A stretch of DNA of 51,920 nt from a virus (taxonomy: Duplodnaviria > Caudoviricetes). The notes under the pieces were generated by a model. It had not been told where the DNA came from. It did not search any database and worked only from the letters and a program-made list of their open reading frames with translations. The stretch covers positions 1 through 51,920 of IMG/VR virus record IMGVR_UViG_3300018080_000234; one strand, given 5' to 3'. Positions 17,985 through 26,201 of the stretch are shown here, one piece after another; within the stretch, counting starts at the first letter, position 1, and each line of letters opens with the position of its first letter. A program made the position numbers and the translations under genes.

Positions 17985-18565
17985 ATATAGATCAATTCAT
18001 CGCAAATATGTGTGAGAAATATCCAAAGAACTTCACCCCCATTGACGCTGACGATCTGCGAGAATGGTGTGAGAGAATGGAGATGGGTGATTTACAACTT
18101 GAGGCGCTATACAATGCCATTAAAGAAAACCATAAATATAAAACTTTCCCGTCGTTACCGGACATAAAAACATGGTGGGGGGGCACGGCGAGAGAGGAGA
18201 GAGGCAAGTTGGGGAAGTCTCCCCTTGCCCGTGTCGTTGACGAGACGAAACACTGGAGCGTCGAAAAACTTCTCCGCGTCCTGAATTACATCTGGGGAAA
18301 GGACGGCTGTGATCGCAGCGCTGCTGAGCGAAACATACTGCACGAATGGGGGAAGGTGCTCTATCACTACTGGGCGTACCGCGATCTCGGATACCGCGAG
18401 GAGGACATTCTCAAAAAGTGCGAGAAGACGAAAAAGGCAATTGAGCATGGTGAGCGTGTTTCTGATCTCGTACCCGAAGAAAGACGAGATCAGCAGATCG
18501 AGGAGATCGGCGATACCCGCCAGGGCCGCGCGGTAAAATTCGAGGATATAGGGTTGCCGCTGTGA
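17981..18565 (+). CDS. Replication-associated protein (helicase-loader position)
   Basis: Coupled to initiator; YKTFPSLPDI motif. Confidence 0.45.
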   Translation: MNIDQFIANMCEKYPKNFTPIDADDLREWCERMEMGDLQLEALYNAIKENHKYKTFPSLPDIKTWWGGTAREERGKLGKSPLARVVDETKHWSVEKLLRVLNYIWGKDGCDRSAAERNILHEWGKVLYHYWAYRDLGYREEDILKKCEKTKKAIEHGERVSDLVPEERRDQQIEEIGDTRQGRAVKFEDIGLPL

Positions 18566-19068
18566 AAGAGCGTCCGATAATATTCAGCGCCGAAATGGTG
18601 CAGGCTATTCGTGCCGGCACAAAAACGCAAACGAGACGGGTGATCAAGCCCCAGCCGGATTATCTCCCTGAGCAAAAAAACATGGCTGAAAATTGCCCCT
18701 ACGGCGAGGCAGGTGATCGTCTGTGGGTGCGGGAAACTTTCCGTATATACAACTCATTTGAGGAATGCACCTGTTATGATGATTGCTCTTGCCATAGATA
18801 TCATGGAAAACCGATTTACCGAGCCGACATGCCGGATGCCGAGGTAAAATGGACACCATCAATTTTCATGCCACGAAAATATTCTCGCATTCTCCTCGAA
18901 ATAGACAACATCCGCGTTGAGCTTTTGCAGGACATCTCGGAGCAGGATGCGATACGGGAAGGCGTGACTTGTCGCGATGCGTTTCGAGAGTTATGGACGG
19001 TCATAAACGGAAATTGGGAGTCAAACCCCTTTGTGTGGATATTGGAATTTCACGAGGTGAAGCCATGA
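18562..19068 (+). CDS. ASCH/PUA-like conserved phage protein
   Basis: KERPIIFS.EMV.AI..G.KTQTRR...GDRLWVRETF...WTPSIFMPR...DAIREG...NPFVWILEF. Confidence 0.75.
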   Translation: MKERPIIFSAEMVQAIRAGTKTQTRRVIKPQPDYLPEQKNMAENCPYGEAGDRLWVRETFRIYNSFEECTCYDDCSCHRYHGKPIYRADMPDAEVKWTPSIFMPRKYSRILLEIDNIRVELLQDISEQDAIREGVTCRDAFRELWTVINGNWESNPFVWILEFHEVKP

Positions 19069-19373
19069 GAACAAACAAGCAATTACAGAAAGAAGCTCTT
19101 GCTCATTACGACAGGATGATAGCATGGGCGGAGAAACAGCCGAAAAGGGGAAAGCCATCTCATGTAAAAATGGCATCATATATTGGGGAATGGGCTGGGC
19201 CCGCTAAATGTTCTTACTGTGTAGAATATGGCTATGATTGCTTGCAATGTCCGCTTGGTCCAACTGTTTGCTGTGGAAAATTATATGGAAAAATGATCGA
19301 CGCCAAAACATGGGGCACCTGGGTGAAGCGAGCGAAACTTGTCCGTCAATACATTGAGGAGCACGGAGCATGA
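19065..19373 (+). CDS. Cys-rich hypothetical protein (paralogue of 23476-23814)
   Basis: HYDRMIAWAEKQP...CSYC...CLQCPL...CC...TWGTWVKRAK. Confidence 0.6.
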   Translation: MRTNKQLQKEALAHYDRMIAWAEKQPKRGKPSHVKMASYIGEWAGPAKCSYCVEYGYDCLQCPLGPTVCCGKLYGKMIDAKTWGTWVKRAKLVRQYIEEHGA

Positions 19374-19661
19374 CGAAACGATATGACTATTGTTGTCTCT
19401 CCTGTTGGCACACTTGGCGGTCTACAAAAAAATATGAGCGTTGTCCGAAGTGTAAGAGCAGAAAACTTGATATTCGGGAGGAATTAATATTATGAAACGC
19501 GGTGATATAGTCTCAGTCGAATTACTACCAACAGGGGAAATTCTCCGCAATGTCAAAGTTCTCCAGGTGGGTTCAGACAAGCGGGATTTTAAATTTGTAT
19601 ATAGCAAGCACATTATTTTCACCCGTCCGGCGTGGTCGGTGCGGGTGTTGGAGGAGGGAGC

Positions 19662-19871
19662 ATGAAAGATATACCAGCATTTCCGCTCATGGGTGTAGCG
19701 CCGGAAGACAGTGCGCCCGTCGAGTTTCACGGCATGACTCTCCGTGACTATTTCGCAGCTATGGCGATGAATGCGTACTTGAGTAAATGTCCTGAAACTA
19801 CATCGGACAAGAAAATAGCATGTTGGTCTTACGAAATGGCCGATGCCATGTTGAAAGTGAGGGAGAAATGA
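19662..19871 (+). CDS. Conserved phage protein (GMTLRDYFAA family)
   Basis: PAFP...GMTLRDYFAAMAM...YEMADAML motif. Confidence 0.7.
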   Translation: MKDIPAFPLMGVAPEDSAPVEFHGMTLRDYFAAMAMNAYLSKCPETTSDKKIACWSYEMADAMLKVREK

Positions 19872-20170
19872 CACTATCTGAAATTCTCATTTTCGCTCTG
19901 GTGCTTGTCTGGCTCTGGCTTTTCTATTCCTGCGCCGGATACCTCATGTGGCGCATACGCGGTGAGCGTTTCCACGCCGACATTGAGCGCAACAGGAGGG
20001 AGATAACCCGTGGACGCTATAATTGAATTCCTGTTTGTTGACGCACACTGTTTTTTCAGAAAATTCAATGGCGTCATGTGGCAGGTTGTGGAGGCGAACG
20101 TGCTCGCGGGCGCAAATGTTATCGTCGCCTACGCCACGTACCGGATCGTGCGACGCCTAAAGGAGATGTT

Positions 20171-20719
20171 GTGAAGCTCTTATATCCGAAAACAGAGTAT
20201 CCCACCAGCGAGAGTGTTGCGAAGTCGCTCGCTCGGAGGACTCTGGTTGAAGCGAGAATAAAACACGAAAAGGAGGAGAAGGCAATGAGCGAGGAAGTCA
20301 AGGAGAGAAAACAACGCGCATGGACAACACGGAAGAGGCGAAAACGCTGTTCCGGTTGTGGGAAACTGTTTCCCCGTGCCGAGCTCGGCGAGCAGGACGG
20401 TCTCTGTCCGAATTGTCGGGCCGGCGGGATGAATGTCGATGAAATTCCCGATGACGATGAGCTGAGCGGACATACGGTGAAAATCCATTACATCGAGGAT
20501 GATTTCGACGAGGACAGCATTATCAGTGAACCGGAAGAGGGCACCGAAGAGGATTTCTCCGAGGAGACTGGAGGCATTCTCGTTCCATTCCAAAACGGGA
20601 ATGGGCACTATCGGGAATGTTTCGCCTGCGATAGTCGCCTGTTTTTCTATCTCGGCAACGGCATGATTGAATGCGCTCGATGTCATGCCAGATACGATGT
20701 TGTGAGGAGGGGGGAATGA
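20171..20719 (+). CDS. Double Zn-ribbon hypothetical protein with acidic linker
   Basis: CSGC...CPNC and CFAC...CARC pairs; RBS aggag before GTG 20171. Confidence 0.55.
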   Translation: MKLLYPKTEYPTSESVAKSLARRTLVEARIKHEKEEKAMSEEVKERKQRAWTTRKRRKRCSGCGKLFPRAELGEQDGLCPNCRAGGMNVDEIPDDDELSGHTVKIHYIEDDFDEDSIISEPEEGTEEDFSEETGGILVPFQNGNGHYRECFACDSRLFFYLGNGMIECARCHARYDVVRRGE

Positions 20720-20884
20720 GGAGCGAAACAGAGATACGGGGAAAAATCGTGGAGCTGGAAAAATTTTTGGATTCCGGCTCTCCGTGGTCGCCGTACATGG
20801 CGAGGGTAACTCATTTTGCTGAGGCGCTTCGGTGGGTGCTGGAGGAGCAAGAGGAGCTATGAAAATTACGCATGGTGGAAATAA

Positions 20885-21835
20885 ATGAGCAGTGAATTAC
20901 AGAAAATAGAATCGTTTCGCTATGCGCTTGCTATCGCTGAGACGTTCGACGAGATCGGGAAAATAGACAGCGCGACGGCTGCTATTGCAGAGTTTGCCAG
21001 ACGGGAGAAAATTAGCTTCGAGCGTCAAAACGATATTGGCAAATTTCGCATAGAGATCGAGCAAAAGAAAGGGAGGTGGCTCAACGATAATTTTCCGCAC
21101 GGGGGGGATAGGGGCAACCAGTATACCGGTGGCAAGTTGCAAGAGGAGAAACTTGCCAATATCGATCCGCACTCCTCCTCCCGTGCCCGGCTTATATCGG
21201 AGACACCGATAGAGAAAATAGTCGAGGTACAGGAAAAAATTGCCAATAGAGGGGATGTTATCACTCCGGCGAAAGTGGAGCGGGAGCTAAGAAAAGGCGC
21301 GACAGACAGGCGTGAATGGATACCACTGCCAACCGAAAAATATCATGTGATTTACGCCGATCCTCCGTGGCGATACGAGCATTCTGTTTCAATTTCAAGG
21401 GAAATAGAAAATCATTATCCGACTATGAGCATAGATGAAATTTGTGAGCTTAATATCGGATCAATAGCGCATGATGACAGTATTCTTTTTCTCTGGGCTA
21501 CCAACCCGAAACTATCGGAGGCAATGAAAGTTATTGGTTCATGGGGTTTTGTTTACCGGACGAATTTCGCATGGGTTAAGGACAGGATCGGTATGGGGTA
21601 TTATGTTAGGCAGCAACACGAGTTACTACTGATAGCCACAAAGGGAAACCCCGGAACCCCTGATCCCCCTAATCGCCCGAGTTCTGTTTTTTTATTACCA
21701 CGCGAAGTGCACAGTAAAAAGCCGGATCATGTATATGGCATGATTGAAACAATGTATCCCGGAAGAAAATATATTGAGTTATTTGCGAGAAAAAAAAGGG
21801 AGGGATGGGCTTCGTATGGCAACGAAGTTGAATGA
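20885..21835 (+). CDS. MT-A70 family adenine methyltransferase
   Basis: VIYADPPW catalytic motif, YPTMS, LFLWAT, WGF.Y, HSKKP, IELFAR. Confidence 0.9.
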   Translation: MSSELQKIESFRYALAIAETFDEIGKIDSATAAIAEFARREKISFERQNDIGKFRIEIEQKKGRWLNDNFPHGGDRGNQYTGGKLQEEKLANIDPHSSSRARLISETPIEKIVEVQEKIANRGDVITPAKVERELRKGATDRREWIPLPTEKYHVIYADPPWRYEHSVSISREIENHYPTMSIDEICELNIGSIAHDDSILFLWATNPKLSEAMKVIGSWGFVYRTNFAWVKDRIGMGYYVRQQHELLLIATKGNPGTPDPPNRPSSVFLLPREVHSKKPDHVYGMIETMYPGRKYIELFARKKREGWASYGNEVE

Positions 21836-22340
21836 TTTCAAAACCGATCTTGAGTTTTCGAACAGCGCAAGCGATGAACCATTTTGGAAAGAGGTTTACA
21901 GAAGGGCATTCCCTGATTTTGCAAATTGCATGAAATATGATCAGCATTGCGAAGGCCAGCTTAGGGGAATAGACAGGATTATATATCTGAAAAGCGGACG
22001 AGTGCTCTATATCGATGAAAAAAAGAGACGGAAAAATTACAATTACAATGATATTTTACTGGAATATGAGCACGTTTTTGATGATGGCCACACAGAAATC
22101 GGGTGGATCGAAAAACAGCTCGTTATAGATTATCTTGCGTACGCATTTATGAAAACTGAAACTGTTTTGCTGTATGACTGGCAAATGCTCCGAAAGGCGT
22201 GGCTCCAAAACAAGATGGAATGGCATAGGACCTGCGACACAATACCAGCTCACAACCGCGGATACGTGACCCATAGTCTTGCAATTCCGTTTCGAGTACT
22301 ACACAAAGCCGTGAGTGCCGAGAGAATCATAAAATTATGA
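21816..22340 (+). CDS. Putative PD-(D/E)XK nuclease coupled to the methylase
   Basis: GIDRIIY...YIDEKKR...DILLE motif; overlaps the MTase 3' end. Confidence 0.55.
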   Translation: MATKLNDFKTDLEFSNSASDEPFWKEVYRRAFPDFANCMKYDQHCEGQLRGIDRIIYLKSGRVLYIDEKKRRKNYNYNDILLEYEHVFDDGHTEIGWIEKQLVIDYLAYAFMKTETVLLYDWQMLRKAWLQNKMEWHRTCDTIPAHNRGYVTHSLAIPFRVLHKAVSAERIIKL

Positions 22341-22365
22341 GCAGATATACAAGCAGCAGGTTCCA

Positions 22366-22665
22366 ATGAAGATTGACCGCCACCACAAATTTCCGCAGAC
22401 GAAGGCGAACCTGAAAAAATATGGGAGAGGGTTGATCGACGATCCGCGGAACGTCTGTCTTGTGAATCACGATCTCCATATGGCGGGGGACGTTCCGACA
22501 TGGAACGAGCGGGAATTTTGCGGGGCGCTGGGATTGCTCCGTGAGGAATATTGCGAGAGGAGTGAAAACGGCTGTAAGTCCTGCACATGGTACTACGGCT
22601 TCGAGGCTGACGAGTGCAGGAATTTTGAGTTCAGTTTAGACAAATATGAGGAGGCGCAGAGATGA
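22366..22665 (+). CDS. HNH-like / Cys-rich protein
   Basis: DRHH...NVCLVNHDLH pattern. Confidence 0.45.
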   Translation: MKIDRHHKFPQTKANLKKYGRGLIDDPRNVCLVNHDLHMAGDVPTWNEREFCGALGLLREEYCERSENGCKSCTWYYGFEADECRNFEFSLDKYEEAQR

Positions 22666-22985
22666 TACCATTCAAGATTAAAGTAACAAAGGGGAACTGC
22701 AGGCTCGCCCTTCATGTTTTGGAGATGGATGAGCGATTGAGGAATAAGGGAGAGATATTTGATAACGGGGATATGGGGATTACTTCCATAAATCTCCCAT
22801 GGTCGGATGAAGAGAGATTGTATTTGCGAGGATGTTGGCGGGAAGCTGATGAGGCTGATTTTATACTCCGCTTCTCTACCAATCATTCCCGTGACGCATA
22901 CCTCTTTCGCCTCCAGAAACTCTGTGACGATTTCAAGGCGGCATGGAAGCGGGGGGAGATAAAACTGTTGGAGGCGCAGAGATGA
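22662..22985 (+). CDS. Hypothetical protein
   Basis: Coupled ORF preceded by GGAGGCGCA RBS motif. Confidence 0.55.
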   Translation: MIPFKIKVTKGNCRLALHVLEMDERLRNKGEIFDNGDMGITSINLPWSDEERLYLRGCWREADEADFILRFSTNHSRDAYLFRLQKLCDDFKAAWKRGEIKLLEAQR

Positions 22986-23224
22986 AACTTAATGAATTAT
23001 CTGAAATTTTTAACGAAATAATAAGAATAGCCAAAGAAGAGGATAGTGAAATATTTTTTCCAGAGATAGTAGACACCCCATCAGGAGAAAGACAGCGGTC
23101 TGATTCAGAATTATTTGATCATGAATATATTATACAAAAACAAGGTAATTGTTGTGATTCATATTATGGGTTCATTTTCTACCCTATCGGTGATAAATAT
23201 TTAAAAGTTGGATTTTCAATTTAA
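22982..23224 (+). CDS. Hypothetical protein
   Basis: ATG 22982 after GGAGGCGCA motif; AT-rich. Confidence 0.55.
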   Translation: MKLNELSEIFNEIIRIAKEEDSEIFFPEIVDTPSGERQRSDSELFDHEYIIQKQGNCCDSYYGFIFYPIGDKYLKVGFSI

Positions 23225-23242
23225 ATTGAGGGAGGCGCAGGA

Positions 23243-23434
23243 ATGAATGTTTGTGAAATTGTTACAAAATATCTCATCGAGAACGGTTATAGCGGACTGT
23301 ATTCAGAGGATTGTGGATGTAAAATTGGTGACTTGTTTCCATGTCAAGAATGTCCCGATAAATGCAAAGCTGGCTACCTTCAAGAAGATTGTGACGGGTG
23401 GTGGATAGGAACAGAAAAGCCAAAATTGAAATAA
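23243..23434 (+). CDS. Small Cys-rich hypothetical protein
   Basis: YLIENGYSGLY..DCGC...DLFPC..C...C.AGY. Confidence 0.6.
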   Translation: MNVCEIVTKYLIENGYSGLYSEDCGCKIGDLFPCQECPDKCKAGYLQEDCDGWWIGTEKPKLK

Positions 23435-23475
23435 CAAAAGTGCAAGAGGAGAAATAAAATTGAAGGAGGCGCAAG

Positions 23476-23814
23476 ATGATTAGAAAAATAATTAACACAA
23501 TCCTTATGCTCCGCACTGTCCGGCATTACAACCGGATGATGGCATGGGCGAAAACTCAACCGGAAGGGGAGGAGGTTAGCATCACTAAAATGTATGATGA
23601 AATTGGTGAGGATTGGACTGCCGAGAATTGTCCGTATTGCCAAAAGTACTACATAAATAAAGGTTCCTGTTCTCAATGTCCTTTGAATATTTCAAATTTT
23701 CCCTATCATTGCTGTAACCATCTCTGGAGTCAAATGAATAAATCTCAAACGTGGGGAGAATGGGTAGAACGAGCAAAAGCCGTAAAAAAATACGTGTGGA
23801 AACACGGGATATAA
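23476..23814 (+). CDS. Cys-rich hypothetical protein (paralogue of 19065-19373)
   Basis: HYNRMMAWAKTQP...CPYC...CSQCPL...CC...TWGEWVERAK. Confidence 0.6.
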   Translation: MIRKIINTILMLRTVRHYNRMMAWAKTQPEGEEVSITKMYDEIGEDWTAENCPYCQKYYINKGSCSQCPLNISNFPYHCCNHLWSQMNKSQTWGEWVERAKAVKKYVWKHGI

Positions 23815-24030
23815 AAAGGAGGCGAGGGATGAAAAATTGCATACAGGGAGTCAATGTTCGCTGTCAAAAATGCGGGAAATTGGAGTTTCGCCGCATTCAG
23901 GATACGGACGCTATGTTTGTGAACGGATTTATGATTTTGCCGGATCGCTGGATATGTGACGAATGTTTGCCTGAGACTGCGTATGAGATAGCGCGGGAAA
24001 TGCAGGCGGAGCGAGATCGGAAGCTGGGAC

Positions 24031-24558
24031 ATGACGAAATCAATTGAAACACATTTCAAGGTTCAGCGGGGCAACATCGTTTTCCTGAACGATCCAAATC
24101 CTCCCGAGCTGCAGAAGCTGATCGAGAAAAACGAGGGACGGCGGGGAGTCCGGGAGATCCGCATCGAGGAGGATTCCGTCGCGTACCATCAACACAAATT
24201 TTATCGTGGTTATCTGATCCCACCTATCGCCGAGGCCGCGTTCGACGGAGACGAATTTCAGGCGCACATCGAAATGAAAAAGCGTTTTCTGTTCCGGGAA
24301 ATCCACGAATACGGCGAGATACCGAGAAAACATCAGAGCCGCTGCATTCCTGTATGGCGAATCACGCCGGACGGGGAGGAGGTGTTGATCGGCTATCTCC
24401 CCAGCACCGGCGATTTGACGAAAGACGAGATGCGGGACTACATTCAGCGCGTCGAAAAATTCAGCGACGAGATGGGAATGTATACGCTTGATCAAGCTGG
24501 CGTCGAGGCCCGAAACATGGCGTATGGGCACGACTCGGGACAGAAGGAGTTATTCTGA
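24031..24558 (+). CDS. NinB-like protein
   Basis: QHKFYRG..I...H..MKKRFL...STGDLTKDEMRDYIQRVE pattern. Confidence 0.55.
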   Translation: MTKSIETHFKVQRGNIVFLNDPNPPELQKLIEKNEGRRGVREIRIEEDSVAYHQHKFYRGYLIPPIAEAAFDGDEFQAHIEMKKRFLFREIHEYGEIPRKHQSRCIPVWRITPDGEEVLIGYLPSTGDLTKDEMRDYIQRVEKFSDEMGMYTLDQAGVEARNMAYGHDSGQKELF

Positions 24559-24601
24559 GGAGGATATTTCTTGAAAAAATATTAAAAAAAGGAGATAGTC
24601 A

Positions 24602-25243
24602 ATGACAACTAAAGAAAAATCCAAAACCAACAAAACCGAGCAGGTGGTTATTGCTGCTCCGAATTTCGGGTATGCAGATTTTAGTATTGTCGGGATGGCT
24701 CCCTATGTGCAGCTAAAGTTTGCGGAAAAAACGAAGGATGAATTGAGGCGCAAGCATGAACTTGGGAGCCAGTCGCGGAAGGGGGCGAAAAAAGAGGCGC
24801 GTGATTTTGATGAAGATTATCGGCAGGCGTTTCACGTCTCAGACGAGGGCTGGCATGGGATTCCCGCTTCTGCATTTAGAAAGGCGATGATTTCAGCGTG
24901 TCGTACGGTCGGGTTTCAGATGACAAAGGCAAAACTATCTATTTTCGTCGAGCCGGACGGGTTTGACAGAAATGAAGGAACGCCTTTGATCAGAATTGAG
25001 GGTGAACCGGAAATGAAGATTGACAATGTGAAAAATCAAACCGGCGTTGTTGATTTGCGTGTACGGGCAATGTGGCGAGAATGGTCTGCGATGGTAAGGG
25101 TGAGATTTGATGCTGATTTTTTCAGCATAACAGATGTCTCCAATCTGCTCGCGCGTGCAGGGCTTCAGGTTGGCATAGGCGAAGGCAGGCCTGATTCAAA
25201 AAATAGTGCCGGTATGGACTGGGGGTTGTTTAAGATTGAGTAG
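24602..25243 (+). CDS. Stand-alone RAMP/Cas7-like RNA-binding protein
   Basis: RAMP-like signatures: N-terminal strand FSIVGMAP, GIPASAFRKAM (cf. IPGSSLKG), C-terminal G-rich loop AGLQVGIGEGRP...GMDWGLFKIE; RBS aaggag. No other cas genes in the window. Confidence 0.65.
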   Translation: MTTKEKSKTNKTEQVVIAAPNFGYADFSIVGMAPYVQLKFAEKTKDELRRKHELGSQSRKGAKKEARDFDEDYRQAFHVSDEGWHGIPASAFRKAMISACRTVGFQMTKAKLSIFVEPDGFDRNEGTPLIRIEGEPEMKIDNVKNQTGVVDLRVRAMWREWSAMVRVRFDADFFSITDVSNLLARAGLQVGIGEGRPDSKNSAGMDWGLFKIE

Positions 25244-25244
25244 A

Positions 25245-25322
25245 GGCTTCATTTGACGAGGCGCGGCTTGGCAAGGCATGGCGAGGCGTGGCCAGGCAAG
25301 GCGCGGCGCGGCCAGGCGGGGC
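25245..25322 (+). repeat. Non-coding (GGC-NN)n pentamer array, candidate guide RNA
   Basis: 13 exact GGC triplets at 5-nt period from 25260 to 25322 with variable dinucleotides GC,TT,AA,AT,GA,GT,CA,AA,GC,GC,CA,GG; three in-phase units upstream (GGC-TT, CAT-TT, GAC-GA). Confidence 0.9.
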
Positions 25323-25353
25323 AAAAACATCTCAATGAGACATAAAAAAAGAG

Positions 25354-25382
25354 TTGACGAAATTGGATTATAACTGTAAATT
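25354..25382 (+). promoter_or_regulatory. Candidate promoter upstream of packaging genes
   Basis: TTGACG-17 bp-TAAATT. Confidence 0.4.
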
Positions 25383-25560
25383 ACTGTTAGATCGACAACT
25401 AAAGGAAGTTGCCGTCAAATATCTCGATCTCTACCATTCCGACTTTCTCAAGATCGAGATAAATATGAAGCGGGACCCGCAGGACGTCAAGATTATTTGC
25501 AGCGATTCTCGTACCGTGTAGCATAACAGTCTCAATCAACAGTCGGTGTCTGCGCAACAG

Positions 25561-25597
25561 GCCGATATTTCCCTTCCGGGGAGGTGTCGGCTTTTTT
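25561..25597 (+). terminator. Terminator-like hairpin just before terS
   Basis: GCCGATATTTCCC-TTCCG-GGGAGGTGTCGGC 13-bp stem plus T6. Confidence 0.7.
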
Positions 25598-25604
25598 ATT
25601 TGTT

Positions 25605-26201
25605 ATGGCAAAGAAATCAGAAAAAAAGAAATTATCAGACAAGCAGCAGAGATTTATAATGGAATATCTTGTTGACTTGAATGCAACACAAGCGGCTATC
25701 CGTGCGGGTTATTCAAAACGCACGGCAAGGGCAATTGGGGCGGAAAACCTCTCAAAACCTATCATCAGGAAATCGATAAACGAAAAAATTGAGGAAATCC
25801 TCGAAAATAAGACAGATCTCACCCTGCGGACAATTAGGGAGTTAGAACGTCTCGGATTCTCGAATATATCCGATTTTCTTGAATATGATAATGACGGAGT
25901 GAAAATTTACCCATCCGACACAGTTGACACCAGGGCAGTATCTCAAATAAAAGTAACTGAACAAGTCCTCGGATCAAAAGATTCTGAAGAAAAAGAAACC
26001 CTAAACAGAACCATCGAATTCAAACTCCACAACAAAGAAAAAGCCCTTGAGTTGCTTTCTCGATACCTGGGGATTTACCGAGATTTGCATGAGCATATGG
26101 GGAAAAATGGCGGTCCTATCGAGTTGTCTGAATTCAAGGAGAAGTTAAAGGAAAAGTTAACGAGAAATGCAGATACAAAATCAAAATCCGACAGCGAGTG
26201 A
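25605..26201 (+). CDS. terS: Terminase small subunit
   Basis: KQQRFIMEYLVDLNATQAAIRAGYS..TA..IG.ENL.KP.I; KLHNKEKALELL. Confidence 0.93.
   Translation: MAKKSEKKKLSDKQQRFIMEYLVDLNATQAAIRAGYSKRTARAIGAENLSKPIIRKSINEKIEEILENKTDLTLRTIRELERLGFSNISDFLEYDNDGVKIYPSDTVDTRAVSQIKVTEQVLGSKDSEEKETLNRTIEFKLHNKEKALELLSRYLGIYRDLHEHMGKNGGPIELSEFKEKLKEKLTRNADTKSKSDSE

Noticed and set aside
25245-25322. CRISPR array or simple microsatellite
   Set aside because: The unit is 5 nt with only 3 fixed positions, with no 25-40 nt repeats or spacers; the free NN variation is unlike slippage repeats. Reported as a separate finding.
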